A DNA stretch of 64,000 bases from Ptychomitrium polyphyllum (lineage: Eukaryota). Each line of letters opens with the position of its first letter. The first letter of the stretch is position 1. The notes under the pieces are model-generated. The model saw nothing but the letters and a program-made list of their open reading frames with translations. It had not been told where the DNA came from and did no database searches. Shown piece after piece: positions 12,507-25,586 of this stretch. The stretch covers positions 22,568,001-22,632,000 of the forward strand of contig OZ316775.1 in NCBI GenBank assembly GCA_973851085.1, read 5' to 3'. Made by a program: the position numbers and the translations under genes.

Positions 12507-13651
12507 TGTTGCGCACCTCGCCCTGAGAAGTGCCCGCAACACTAAAGGCACAAGTGGGACCCCAAAGTGACGTCCGGGACTTGTGGCGCCGATAGTGAGG
12601 AGAACCGAGTGGGCCTAACATGGGAAGGACCCCTAGGGGGAGAAACATCCTTGCCCATGTAGATCGAGGGCCACAAGGGATAAATCGTGGGCATTAAAGG
12701 AATCATGAAGAGCTGATTCTAGAATGCTAAGGATTGCCCAAATCGGACATGGGAGCTAAAAGTTATGGCACCCCAAAGTTGGGGTTGCCAAGGGGCTGTT
12801 CTGGAGTGTGGCAGCCCTACACAGTGACTGTGTTGGAGTGGGATAGTCCAGGGAGGGACTCTTCTGGAGTCCCGAACCTTGGGAGAGGCGTATCTCCCAC
12901 AATACTAACTCAAATCGGACGTTTGAGGAGTCTATCGGCATCTACGCAAAGAGTAGATGACGATTGAGTGGTTGCTTGATACATTCAAGCACCAAATGAA
13001 GAAGATATGGCGCCCTGAAGGTCCGCTAGGAGTCCCGGAGGCTTCTAGCGGCTAAGTCCCAAGGGGGATCGGGTGGTCTTCCAAAACTCTAAGTGTGTCG
13101 GGGTTCAGCTAGCTCCAGAGGGCCAGGGGGCCTGCCAAATCCCACAGAGAGTACTATACGGGAGGGCTGGTCCTCCTCCCTACTCCCTTAGTGTCCCGAT
13201 AGAGACCAAGGGTGAGTCCCGGTTGGTGGAGCTAGTGTTCAGGCTTCACCACGGGGACTCCCACACCATTGTGAGCCGGTGGATGGCCGGTTTCACAAAG
13301 GGAACTAGCACGTTCAAAAGGGTACGCTTGTTATCATTAAATTGGGGTGGTGTCTTCACACCGGCACCATGATGGCCCGGGGTGATCTTAGGATCACTTG
13401 GGCATCATGAGTGGTGGTGAGGAGACACCACTAAGTGCGGTTAGGCCGTGTGGAATGGGATTAATACCAAGTGAGGCCTTGGACATGAATGGAAGTCCGC
13501 ACCTAACCATTGGCTATTAATAAATTGGGTGTCCTAAGAGAAATGGTAGAAAGACTTGGAAAGTGAGAATGGGGGTTAACCATGTGCATGTGGGGGTGTA
13601 CAGGGTTGACGCGCGTGACGCTTGCTAAGGTGCATTGCAAGGGTTGCGACA
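12507..13651 (+). repeat. Family C 5' LTR
   Basis: Direct repeat of 19135-20279 at a constant offset of 6628 bp. Confidence 0.97.
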
Positions 13652-13653
13652 TT

Positions 13654-13665
13654 TGGTATTAGAGC
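13654..13665 (+). promoter_or_regulatory. Primer-binding site for initiator tRNA-Met, with one substitution
   Basis: TGGTATTAGAGC versus canonical TGGTATCAGAGC, 2 nt after the 5' LTR. Confidence 0.88.
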
Positions 13666-13703
13666 AGGCTTTGAGTATCAAAGTGCTACGGTGCAAGGAG
13701 GCG

Positions 13704-16700
13704 ATGGGTAAGAAGAAAGCCAGTGATGGCGGTGAGCCCGGGGCCTCTAAGCGACCACGCATGAGGGTGAACAAAGACCCCGATCCGATTAATGAGGCTC
13801 CATCCTTTGATTCCAATGAGCAAGGGAATGACATTGGAGTCACCAAGGAAGTTGAGGAAACTCAACAAGACGAAGCGTTGGAGGGTGGAGAATACTCAGG
13901 AGTTAGGATTCATGAGCCACCCGAGGCCCTAGAGAGTCAAGACCCTGACTTAAGTTTTCGTATGAAAATGCTTGAGTTCATGGACGGTGTGAACCAAGAA
14001 TTTAAGCGTGGCAAAGAAGAAAGGACTCGTCAAGAGAGGTTGATTGAGCACTTGATGGCACAAAGTTCCAGGTTCTCATCTTCGACCAAGAAGTTGGCCA
14101 AAGTGAACATGCCCAACACTTTTTCTGGGCTAGGCAAGGCCAGGAAGGTGAAGGAGTTTCTTTTGGAAATGAACAACTATTATGATGTTCAAAAGCCGAA
14201 GGAGGTGGACAGAGTTTCAATTGCGGTGACCTTTTTGAAAGACCATGCTCTTCAATGGTGGACAAGTAAAAAGGAACAAGAGCCGGAGTTGGTGGCAACT
14301 TTGTCTTGGGACAATTTAAAAGAGATCTTCAGTGAACGCTTCACTCCAAAATACCAAGAGTTGAGGGAGGGCATGAACTTGGTGCAAATGACGCACACCG
14401 GGTTGCTCAAGACTTATATGCGAGATTTCAACGCCCAAATGAATGCCACATTCAAAATGGATGAGTTTTCAAAGAAATGCATCTTTTTGGGCGGGCTTCA
14501 AAAGTGGGTGGTGGACGCCTTGTTTAAGTTCCCAAAGCTTCCGGAGGACGTGGCGGGAATCATTAAAATTGCGGAAAGAATTGAAGCCGACGGTTCCAAA
14601 AGAAAATCAAGTGGTCCCTCTCAACAAAGTGGATTGAACCGAAATACATCTCGCGGCGGAGAACGCAAGAAATTTGGCTTTGGAAACAAACACAAGGGAC
14701 AAGTAGATGGAAGGGCCTACAACAAAGTGGATCATCATGAGAGAAAACCATTCAAATCGGGAGATAAGAGTGCTGAGGTGAAGCACAAGCGTTGCCATGG
14801 GTGTGGCAAGATTGGTCACTTCATTGCGGAGTGCCCCAATAAAAAGGTGAGTACCAAAGCTTGTCACACTTGTGTTGTGGATCACATTTTAGAAGGTGGA
14901 TTTGTGGCCAAGGCTAGTAGCCTTAAGCTAAGGTCGAGTCTCTTATACCTTGAGGCCCAAATAAATGGCAAAAATGTTTCATGTTTGATTGACACAGGGG
15001 CAACGCACTCCTTCATGAGTCCCAAGCTAGCAAGGGAGTTGGGCTTGTCGGCTCAAAAAGCTAGCAAGCCCATCAACGTGCGATTTGCAAAAGGCAAACC
15101 GTACGAGACGAAGAAGGTGGTGTTGGATGTGGCCTTAAGTAGTGGAACATTGGAGTTGAAGGAAAGCTTTACACTATGTGAGATGGATGAGGTAGACCTC
15201 ATTTTAGGTGATACCTTTTTCAAAACTCATGTGGTGGATGTGAAGCGAAAGCCATCACAATTAGTAGTGCGCCGTGGTGGGAAGGAGACAATATTGAAGT
15301 TGACTAGGACTTCTATGGTTGCGGGAGGCAAGTTGAACTCAGTCTCCTTAGAACAACTAGAGAATAATCAATTTGTGGTTGTGATGCGAATGGAGCAAGA
15401 AGAGGGGAATAGGCCAAGTGCCAAGGAAGTTAGGACAATTTCCAAGTGCATTCAAAATGTATTAAGTGGTTACAAGGATGTGCTTACCAATGAGTTACCC
15501 GCAGAGTTACCCGCAGAGTTACCGCCAAGAAAAGAAGTGGATCACAAAATTGAAGTGATACCGGGAACAGAGCCCCCTTCTAAGGCTCCATACCGGTTGA
15601 ACCAAAAAGAGCTAGAGGAGTTGAAGAAGCAATTGAATGACTTGTTGGAAAGAGGCTATGTTAGGCCAAGTAAGTCGCCAAATGGAGCACCGGTCCTCTT
15701 CGTAGACAAAAAGGATGGCAAGCTCTGCATGTGTGTCGACTATAGAGCCTTGAATAAAGCCACCATCAAGAACAACTATCCTTTGCCTCGCATTGATGAT
15801 CTCTTTGATAGATTGGCGAGAGCTAAATACTTTAGTCGGATAGACTTGAAGTCGAACTACTATCAAATCCGCATTGCGGATGAAGATGTGCCAAAGACCG
15901 CATGCCGCACTAGGCATGGGTCCTATGAATTTTTGGTGATGCCATTCGGGTTGTGTAATGCTCCTTCGACGTTCACGACCCTCATGAATACCATCTTTCG
16001 AGAAGAGATGGATGACTTTGTCATTGTTTATATTGATGACATCTTGGTGTACTCCAAGTTGGCAGAGGAACATGCAAGGCACCTCGAAGTGGTGCTTCAA
16101 AAACTTAGGGACCACAAGCTTTATGCCAATGGAGAAAAGAGTGAGTTTGCTCAACTTGAGATTGAGTTCTTGGGCCATATAGTGACAAATGATGGAATCA
16201 AGCCGGACATAAGGAAGATAAAGGCAATTAGAGAGTAGAAACAACCTTCTACACAAAAGGGGCTGAGATCATTTCTTGGCCTAGAAAATTATTATAGGAG
16301 GTTCATCCGCAACTTCTCCAAAATTGCTAGACCTTTGTCCAATTTGTTGAAGAAAGGAGCTACTCAAGTATGGGATGGATTTTGTCACCAAGCTTTTCAA
16401 GAACTCAAGGATAAGTTGTCACAACCGCCGGTATTGAAGTTTCCCGAGTTTAAAAAGCCCTTTGAGGTCTACATGGATGCAAGTAACTTTGCCATTAGCG
16501 GAGTGCTCATGCAAGAAGGCATGCCAATTGCCTATGAGAGCAAGAAGTTGAATGGGTGCCAAACAAGGTGGCCCACGCACAAGAAAGAACTCTTTGCCGT
16601 AGTGCATTGTTTGAAAACATGGCGGCACTACTTGGGCCTACATAAAACCAAAGTCTACACGGACAACGTGTCCTTGAAGTACTTTGAGTCGTAGGCACAA

Positions 16701-18344
16701 ATGAGTGCAAAACAATTGAGGTGGCATGACACCTTAGCACTCATGAATGTGGATTTGATCCACAAGCCGGGGCGTGACAATGTAGTGCCGGATGCTCTAA
16801 GTAGGCGGGAGGAGTTCCAAGCGATGGGCACAACCCAAGTTTTGTGAGTAATGTACATAGGAGAAGGCAATTTGGAAAGGAAGATAAGAGAGGGGTACAT
16901 GAAGGACTCTGAAGCACAAAGGCTTCTCGGCGAATTTAAGAAGGGTAAGAAACTTAAGGAAATTAAGTTGGAGAAGGGATTGCTCAAGTACAAACAAAGT
17001 CGGATGTATGTGCCTCAAGGAAAATTACGGTTGTTGGTTTTGAAAGAAGAACACGATAGTCCCATAGCCAGCCATAGAGGAGAAAAAACCACCCTAGCGG
17101 CGGTGTCAAGAAAGTACTATTGGCCGGGCATGAAAGCGGACATCACCGACTTTGTGAAAACTTGTGTGAAGTGCCAGCTGAATAGAGCTTCTTATCAAAA
17201 GCAAGCCGGTCTACTACAACCTTTGCCAATTCCGCCGGGTCCATGGCATAGCGTGTCTATGGACTTCATTACAAGTCTTCCGGATTTGCACGGGCACGAT
17301 GCCATCTTTGTGATGGTGGATCGCTTTAGCAAGTTGGCGCACATGGTGCCCACTAGAGGAACCGTAACTGCACATGAGACCACAAAGCTATTCCTTGATG
17401 CATGGTGGAAACACCACGGGCTGTCGAGAGTGATTGTGTCGGACCGAGATCAAAAATTCACTAGTGCTTTCTGGAAACATTTCTTTAGGAAAGTTGAAAT
17501 CAAATTGACTTTTAACACTGCCTTCCATCCTCAAACGGATGGGCAAACGGAACAAGTAAACGGAGTTTTGAACCAATACTTGAAGAACTTTGTGAGTGCG
17601 GACCAGTGCAATTGGGTGGAATATGTGAGTCTTGCGGAGTTCAGTTACAATGCGGCCAACCATTCGGCGACAAAGCAGTCGCCATTTAAGGTGGCCTATG
17701 GAGTGGAGCCACTCCAACCTGCCGACTTAGCTCTCGAAGGGGCACATTCAACACTAGAGTTTAACCAAGATGGTAAGGACTTGGTCAAAAAGCAAGAATA
17801 GATGTTGGAAAAGACTAAGCTTTTGTTGGAAAAGGCACAAAAGCAGTACGAGAAACAAGTCAATGCCGGAAGACGTGAAGTGGAGTATGAAGTAGGCGAA
17901 AAGGTATTATTGAATGTGAAGAACTTTAGCTTGCTCGAAGGCCTCACTCCAAAGTTCATGTCTAAGTTTGCGGAGCCGTTTTCCATTGTGTGGCGGATGT
18001 TTAAGGATGTGTACAAGTTGGAGCTACCACCCGAAATCAAAGTGCACCCAACATTTCATGTCTCACTCCTCAAGCCATTTAAAAAAGATACCTTGTGGCC
18101 CAATCGCAAACAAGTGATTTGGCCATCGCCGGAATTGGTAGGCAACCACTTGGAATACGAAGTGGAAGGAATTATCAAATGTAGGCACCACAAGAAAGTA
18201 GGATAAGAGTATTTGGTGAAGTGGAGAGGGTACCATGAGAAGGAAGCAACTTGGGTAGCAGCCAAGGACTTGGGAAATGCCAATGAGGTGGTAGAACGCT
18301 TTGAAAGGGATAGGAACTCCAATAAAAGACAACGTCGGCATTGA
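13704..18344 (+). pseudogene. Single-frame gag-pol polyprotein (gag, CCHC knuckle, protease, RT, RNase H, integrase, chromodomain) with five in-frame stops
   Basis: [27 protein letters not shown]..CxxC zinc finger; MDFITSLP; FHPQTDGQTE; chromodomain EYEVEGII..EYLVKWRGYHEKEATW. All ORF pieces share one frame; stops at 16236, 16692, 16845, 17799, 18204; natural stop 18342-18344. Confidence 0.93.
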
Positions 18345-19134
18345 TGAGGACATCAATCTCTTTAAGTAGGGGGAGAGAGGCTTGTAGCAGTATCTTCTTC
18401 ACATCATGTATTGGTTCTTTGACTTATGGCAATAAACTTCAACTTTTGTGTGTGCAAAGAGAAGAGTATAAGATAACGTCCTTGTCTTGTGCTTGTGCTA
18501 AGTTGGTAGAAGAGGGGGAATAGACATGTGAAACCAAGTTGGGAAGGCCGAGTAATGGGGACCAAGGCTTGGAGGAGGAATGGTTAAAACCATGAAACCT
18601 CCTAGCCTCGGGCTTGTTCGGGCAAGGACAAGGTAATGGCGAGTGCTCATAAAAGCGCCACTCCTACAAATTAACAAAAGTTAGTGCATGGGAGTCATGA
18701 ACCCATGTCTCAAAAGAGATAGTGGGATCCAGGTTGGGCGGAAGTTGGCATTACCCCCGTGCGATCGAGTTGTGGAATAAAAGCCACCTTGGATTTGCAA
18801 CCAATACAACTTGGTGGAGCATTGAGGTCCAGCCAAGTCAAAAAGGAAGAGTTAGGGAATTGTAGCCTAACTAGGGAGTGTATCACAAGAGGGTCTCAAA
18901 GTAGGTAGGTCTAGAATAGTTTAGGGCCCCAAAGATTTTTGTCTAGGGTGCCTAAATAGACCACCTCCTAAACGACACCTTTGAGACATTGCCAAAGACT
19001 TATGAGTGCATTGTGGGGGTCGCACCCTGGATGAAACACAATGCTGCACCACTAGAGGATGGCAACCTTGGATTTGGTGTGCCGACTACAAGTATAGTTG
19101 ATGAGGGCATCGACTCCATTTGGGTGGAGGTGAG

Positions 19135-20279
19135 TGTCGCGCACCTCGACCTGAGGAGTGCCCGCAACACTAAAGGCACAAGTGGGACCCCAAAGTGACG
19201 TCCGGGACTTGTGGCGCCGATAGTGAGGAGAACCGAGTGGGCCTAACATGGGAAGGACCCCTAGGGGGAGAAACATCCTTGCCCATGTAGATCGAGGGCC
19301 ACAAGGGATAAATCGTGGGCATTAAAGGAATCATGAAGAGCTGATTCTAGAATGCTAAGGATTGCCCAAATCGGACATGGGAGCTAAAAGTTATGGCACC
19401 CCAAAGTTGGGGTTGCCAAGGGGCTGTTCTGGAGTGTGGCAGCCCTACACAGTGACTGTGTTGGAGTGGGATAGTCCAGGGAGGGACTCTTCTGGAGTCC
19501 CGAACCTTGGGAGAGGCGTATCTCCCACAATACTAACTCAAATCGGACGTTTGAGGAGTCTATCGGCATCTACGCAAAGAGTAGATGACGATTGAGTGGT
19601 TGCTTGATACATTCAAGCACCAAATGAAGAAGATATGGCGCCCTGAAGGTCCGCTAGGAGTCCCGGAGGCTTCTAGCGGCTAAGTCCCAAGGGAGATCGG
19701 GTGGTCTTCCAAAACTCTAAGTGTGTCGGGGTTCAGCTAGCTCCAGAGGGCCAGGGGGCCTGCCAAATCCCACAGAGAGTACTATACGGGAGGGCTGGTC
19801 CTCCTCCCTACTCCCTTAGTGTCCCGATAGAGACCAAGGGTGAGTCCCGGTTGGTGGAGCTAGTGTTCAGGCTTCACCACGGGGACTCCCACACCATTGT
19901 GAGCCGGTGGATGGCCGGTTTCACAAAGGGAACTAGCACGTTCAAAAGGGTACGCTTGTTATCATTAAATTGGGGTGGTGTCTTCACACCGGCACCATGA
20001 TGGCCCGGGGTGATCTTAGGATCACTTGGGCATCATGAGTGGTGGTGAGGAGACACCACTAAGTGCGGTTAGGCCGTGTGGAATGGGATTAATACCAAGT
20101 GAGGCCTTGGACATGAATGGAAGTCCGCACCTAACCATTGGCTATTAATAAATTGGGTGTCCTAAGAGAAATGGTAGAAAGACTTGGAAAGTGAGAATGG
20201 GGGTTAACCATGTGCATGTGGGGTTGTACAGGGTTGACGCGCGTGACGCTTGCTAAGGTGCATTGCAAGGGTTGCGACA
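19135..20279 (+). repeat. Family C 3' LTR
   Basis: Direct repeat of 12507-13651, followed by TSD GTATC. Confidence 0.97.
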
Positions 20280-23200
20280 GTATCAATCCAACCAAGTGGC
20301 TTTTGTTGACGACCTTGTGAAGAAGAATTGATTGGACCAAGAAGACGTGAAAAGCTACTTAGCAATAGATTATTGGTGATTGTCTTTAAAGTAGAACCAA
20401 CTTACAAAGATTATTTAGAAGTGGTGTTTGAAGGATGCTTTCACAACAAAGATATAGAATTTATGCTTAGTCCCAAATAAAAAGCGTTGGATATTATCAA
20501 TGATTATAAGGATCCATGAACCATTTGAATTGTAGAAGGTAATTGGAATATGTTGCAGATACTATTTTTACAAAATTTTGACTTTCGACGACTTACAAAA
20601 TTTCTAGCAATCAATTCCATTGTTTTATTGAGTGCAATGTGCTTTGCCACTAGGAAATCATGACTTGTTTGAAAAATCTTTAATTGTAAAGGTCTTATAA
20701 TTAGATACAGAAGTCTTTTTTAGTAAACTAGTCCCTTCTAGAATTCAAAGTATTTATCATTACTTGAAGGATCTTTATTATTCTTGACGTACCTCCTTAT
20801 ATTTAAAACGTAAACATCATTCTCCGAAGCCCTCCAAATTTTTTTGAAATAGGATATTGGTATTATGGTTGTTGCTTTTAATTGAAAATTTCTTGGTTTC
20901 AATAAAATAGTCCTTTATTGATTCAAAACTTCATCTCTAGGCTTAAAAGCCAAATAAGATCTTTGAAATAAGGCGTCTTATTTACTTTGTAGGCTACTAA
21001 GTGGATAAATATTGACAAAGTCAAATTTAGAAAGAAACATATTTTATTCTGCTTGATGGTAATTTAAAATATGCACATTGATAAAGTATGTAAGTTTTTT
21101 GTAGTGTGTGTATTTTGAAAGAATATATTGAGCACTTTTCAACAAACATTATCATTCTTCAAAAGCATCTATAAATGCAAGTAATCTTTAGTCATATATA
21201 TTATAATTAAATTTTGTCATTTAAAACTTCTTTGAACAAAAGGCAATATGGTGGAATCTTTTGTCTTCATCATATTATAAGATTACTAAGCCAATTACAA
21301 AGTCTAAAGCTTCTGCCTTCAAAAAAAAACCTTTAAAGGATTTAAATGAAATTTTTTTGTAGTCCATATGAATGACTTAGTAATAGCTTGAAATGCTCCT
21401 ATTGCCTCGTCATTCCAAGTAAATTTTTACTTCCTTATAAATTGCATCAATGGTGTTTCAATCTTAGAGTAATCTTTGATAAATATCTTTGCTTGGCCAA
21501 GATATTTTAGAAGTCTTAAAGTTAAATGTAATGGATAGCGATTCTTCTTGGAACCTTATTGAGGCCTCAATAGTCTACACATATTTGTAATGATCCATCC
21601 TTCTTATTTACAAATATGATGGATACTCTAGCAAATGATTTGAAATGTTGAATAAAGCCTTTCCAAAGATTTTATTATCATATTCTCTCAAAGTAATTAG
21701 CTCAGTATATGATAAGTTATAAATAGGTTCAAAAGGTGGTTAAACTCCTTCTTGCAATTAAATTTTGCAACTGTGAAGCCACTACTCTGATAATATGTCT
21801 ACACTCTTCTTTTGAAAAGATGTTCTTATAATCTTGGTAATAATGGAGTATGCTTTAATTAATCTTTTATATAGAGCCATACATTAGTGTGACATTGATG
21901 GTAGAGATTGGTTAAGCATTTGCCGCTTTTATGAATGCTTTAGTTCCAATAAATTATAATCAAGGATTTTTTGTATTTTGACGTCTTTTCTTTGAAGTCA
22001 TACTTTGTAAGCGCCAATCAATGTCTGGATTATGTAATTTTAATCAAAGAAAGCCCAAGATAATAGGATTTGTTTGACATTGAATGATGTTGAAGACAAT
22101 GTTAGATGTTTGATTTCTTAAAGCTACCTCCAAAAGCTAAGTTTCTTTGGTAACACTTTCATATATAAGAAAACATACAATGATAATTTCTAAAGGTGCT
22201 GGACGTTTTTTGTTTACAAGCATCATGTAGTGTTTGATTGTGAAATCCTTGTCAATGAAGCATACTATTGCATTAGTGTCTAAAAAAGCTTCACTAGATA
22301 TTTCATCATTTGACAATTTTGATTTTCATATGAAATGTGTAATATGCAGTAGGAGTTGGAAGTAGTAAGAGACCTTGATTTCATGGTTGTTTCCTTGCAG
22401 TGTCTTATTGCATGGTCCTTATTATGACTAGGTATTCTCATGTTCCAACTCCACCATTGTGCTTTGAATCTTAAAAGCAGATTCCTTGATTTGAGAATTG
22501 TATTTTTTTATATTCAAACTTGCTACAATATAAACATAGGTTTTTTCTTGACATATTTACTTCTTTTTTGTAGTAAAATGTCTAATTTTGGCAGCGTCAA
22601 TTTGTATAGATTTTGGTCTTTGTGGTCGGCTTTCTAATATTTTTGAAGAATTGGTTGCCATACTTTGATGTATTAGTCTTTATTCCAAGCGTTATTTTTG
22701 ATGCCTCTCAAATAATCTATTGTCATATGCTCTTGCTTGAGCAATGAATTTGTCCAACAAATCAATCTTTAGCATTGTGAATAAAAAATCCTTCATATTT
22801 TTTTTTAAATCTCATTGAAATTGAATGACCAAGGCTTTATCATTCCAATCAAGGTTGCAAGCCAGCTGTCAAAATTATATAGCATATATGCAACTAAGCG
22901 CTATCCTTGTTATTGACTTTGAATTATTGTTTCAACCACCCTTTCTTGGTTGATGTTTCCAAATGTAGATGTCAATGCATCCATAAAAACATCTAAGTTG
23001 TTCAATAATGGTGTTTTTTAAAAAAAAATGGTGCAAACAATAATAGTGCATTGTTTGATAAAAAATTGGCTACAAATCCATTTTGGATTGTGTCATTATA
23101 ATAACAACATTGATGCAAAGTAAGAAAGAATCTTACTTATTAAATAAAGCCTTTCAACTTTAATCTTGATTCATCAAACTTGACTAGTATACTAATCTTT

Positions 23201-24490
23201 AGTTATATATGATTTTGACATATAACTTTTTTTTCATTATTGGCTTTTTGCAATTAAGCAATTTTTTAATATATACTCTAAATATGACCATTGGATTAAT
23301 TAGCCTCATAAGTGTACTATTCTAAATTGTTGGTAGTGTTAATGCTAGCAAGCTCCATTCAAACTATGTTTAATATCTCTTGAAGGTCTCTAATAGTTGC
23401 AAACCTACAACTCTCTAATGTTTTTGGTATTTATATTCACACTAGTAAACTTTAGGAATGAAAAAGAAGACATTTAAAAAAAAACAAAGACCTAGCTTCA
23501 AAAAAGGTAATTTTCAACCTCTCAAAATCTTTCATATCTTAAAGAAGAAAAATTACATACTTAAAATTGTCAGGGACAAGAAGACTATTTATATTTTCAA
23601 AAGAAGGTAATTTGCATCCTTTGAAAGATTAATCTTTTTTAAAAATAAGTAGTATTAGTTTTTAGAAGAAAAAATCAACTTATGGTGTTATTTAGAGGAA
23701 GGTAATTTACAACCTTTAAAATGCTTTAAGATCTGAAAAGAGATGGAAAATATACTATCTTCTCAAAAAAACCTTAATTGTGATATAAATAAAGAACAAT
23801 CTTGCTGAATTAGTAAAGGCAGAAGAAATAAAGAGCAGACACAAAATAGTTTCCAAGAAATACTTTCCAAAGAGGAATGTTTAACAAGAATTGATACAGA
23901 GATTGGAACAAAGATATTATACAATATGATCTACAACTTGTGTTGGCAAGAATAAGGTATACTTTGTCTTGCTTCTTATTTATACTATAACATTAGTATT
24001 TCTTATGATATTTCTAAAAAAGCTTTGGATGAAGCTTAAGAATGTTCTAAAAGTCTATAGAGTCTTCATAGGAAGTTTCCTGAGGTACTAAAACCTTCTT
24101 GAGAAGTTTCCCAAGGAGGTGGAATCTTCCTATGATTTTTTGTAAGGAAGTGGAATCTTTTTAAGAAGTTTTCTAAGGAAATGAAACCTTTGTGAGAAGC
24201 TTTCTAAGGATTGCAATGGCTATGGAAGCATTGAAAGTATTTTAAGAAACTACTACAATGTAGTAAAAGGTTCTAAAAGATTATAAAGTCAATGTTACAT
24301 TATCTATGTCCGTGACAACTTCTTTCAATCTATCCAAATATTTTGCATAATTTTAACATATAATGATGAATTATTTACATTTGTAAAATTATAATAAAAA
24401 ACTTTTTTATTTATTACAACTTGGATAATTTTCTTATATAGATATAGCTTTAACAAAAGATATGAAAAAATTTAAACTAAAAGAAGTTTT

Positions 24491-24498
<8 letters not shown>

Positions 24499-24543
<45 letters not shown>
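24499..24543. repeat. (AT)n microsatellite, about 22 units
   Basis: Directly visible. Confidence 0.95.
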
Positions 24544-24544
<1 letters not shown>

Positions 24545-24754
24545 CCACATAGTTCCTATGTTTCAATTTATTATATGATGCCGCATAGTTGCCATATTCA
24601 AAGATCCAATCGAGTTCTAAGAAAAGCAATCATCTTTCTATAAAAAATCATATAAATTATGAAAATTTAGTACAAAATATTTTTACTAACAGAATATGCC
24701 TAAACTATTCACTAAATTTTTTAATTGGTATTGTGTAAAAAAGTTCAGTATGTA

Positions 24755-24850
24755 TCACCGGCTCACCGACCCTTTACAGATTGATCTCATAATGCAATCT
24801 TGTCACCGGCTCACCGACCCTTTACAGATTGATCTCATAATGCAATCTTG
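24755..24850 (+). repeat. Perfect 48-bp tandem duplication
   Basis: TCACCGGCTCACCGACCCTTTACAGATTGATCTCATAATGCAATCTTG x2 (24755-24802, 24803-24850). Confidence 0.95.
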
Positions 24851-25586
24851 TCAAAAAGAAAATAATAATGCATATATACCCTGCACTGTAGTGGCCCACG
24901 TTGCAAAGAGAAACAATGTTATGGTTTTTTAGTAGAAAACCAAGAAGGGAAAAATCATACCATGCTCAATTTTTTATTTGTTTTCGGTCTTCCTCTATCA
25001 GTATTCCTGATTAAGCTTTCAAAAAAACTGATTGTTTTAACTAATTTCTTCAAATCAGCCCTCTTATATGAACACTTGCATAACCATTATCAGACTGATA
25101 GCGCTTGCACGTCGGTCATGCATTTCATACTTGCCCTATGAGATTTCGCGAGGACAGGTTGTTGTGATTATCAGAGGAAAAACTGAGATTTTGGGTATCT
25201 TTCCTAAACCTAGGACATATTTGGCTACAGTACATGCCACTAACACGGGTCCGGAGGGCAGAGATTTGGAACAAGAACAAATTGTACTGATTTACATTTC
25301 AAGTTCGTGACTTTCTACAAGATGTAGACAGACATCAAAGTATTGTGTTTTCAAAGAGAACTGCTAGTATTGTACACAGGGCTAGTTACAGTACGATATA
25401 CATCCAGCAATCAAAGGCACTAACTCCCAGTTAAACGAGAGCTAACAAAGGCTCACAACTTCTTCAGCTGAATTGTCGGGTGCTTGGCACAACTCCTTTA
25501 CATCTGAGCGAAAGCGTTATCAATATCAGTGTATGAGAGAAGATGAGGGATTGGCTCAGCTGATGTCAGTGAAGTCTGAAACATTA

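Larger units (their letters stand above)
12507..20279 (+). mobile_element. Young full-length family C Ty3/Gypsy chromovirus (7773 bp)
   Basis: LTRs 12507-13651 and 19135-20279 (1145 bp each, TG..CA, about 5 mismatches seen); perfect TSD GTATC at 12502-12506 and 20280-20284; PBS 13654-13665; PPT-like GGGTGGAGGTGAG before 19135. Confidence 0.97.
6148..20660 (+). mobile_element. LTR-less internal fragment of a family B chromovirus (RT C-half, RNase H, integrase, chromodomain, 3' accessory ORF remnant), interrupted by two younger insertions
   Basis: 6148-7056 RT/RNase H, colinear with 56440-57340. 10711-12257 integrase (MDFITDLP) and chromodomain (EFEVKKIFNSRIRREKLKYFVHW..TW). Resumes at 20285 after the family C insertion. 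Many stops and frameshifts. Confidence 0.8.
5399..24317 (-). mobile_element. Old, heavily decayed family A-like Ty3/Gypsy element forming the outer shell of the first nest
   Basis: Reverse-complement LTRs at ~23811-24317 (ends ..TGTCCGTGACA) and ~5399-5668; PPT complement TCACCTCTTCTT at 5669-5680. 5680-6130 matches the reverse complement of ~63200-63630; degenerate gag/PR/RT/RNase H on - strand at ~20700-23400. Integrase is missing, replaced by nested material. Flanks GCGTC/ACTTC match only 3/5, so both ends belonging to one insertion is unproven. Confidence 0.6.

Noticed and set aside
12734..13372. Duplicated 77-aa and 99-aa ORFs (again at 19362 and 19701)
   Set aside because: Identical only because they lie in the two LTRs; they rely on non-ATG starts and show no domain signal.
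15612..16256. 214-aa minus-strand ORF
   Set aside because: Antisense shadow of RT.
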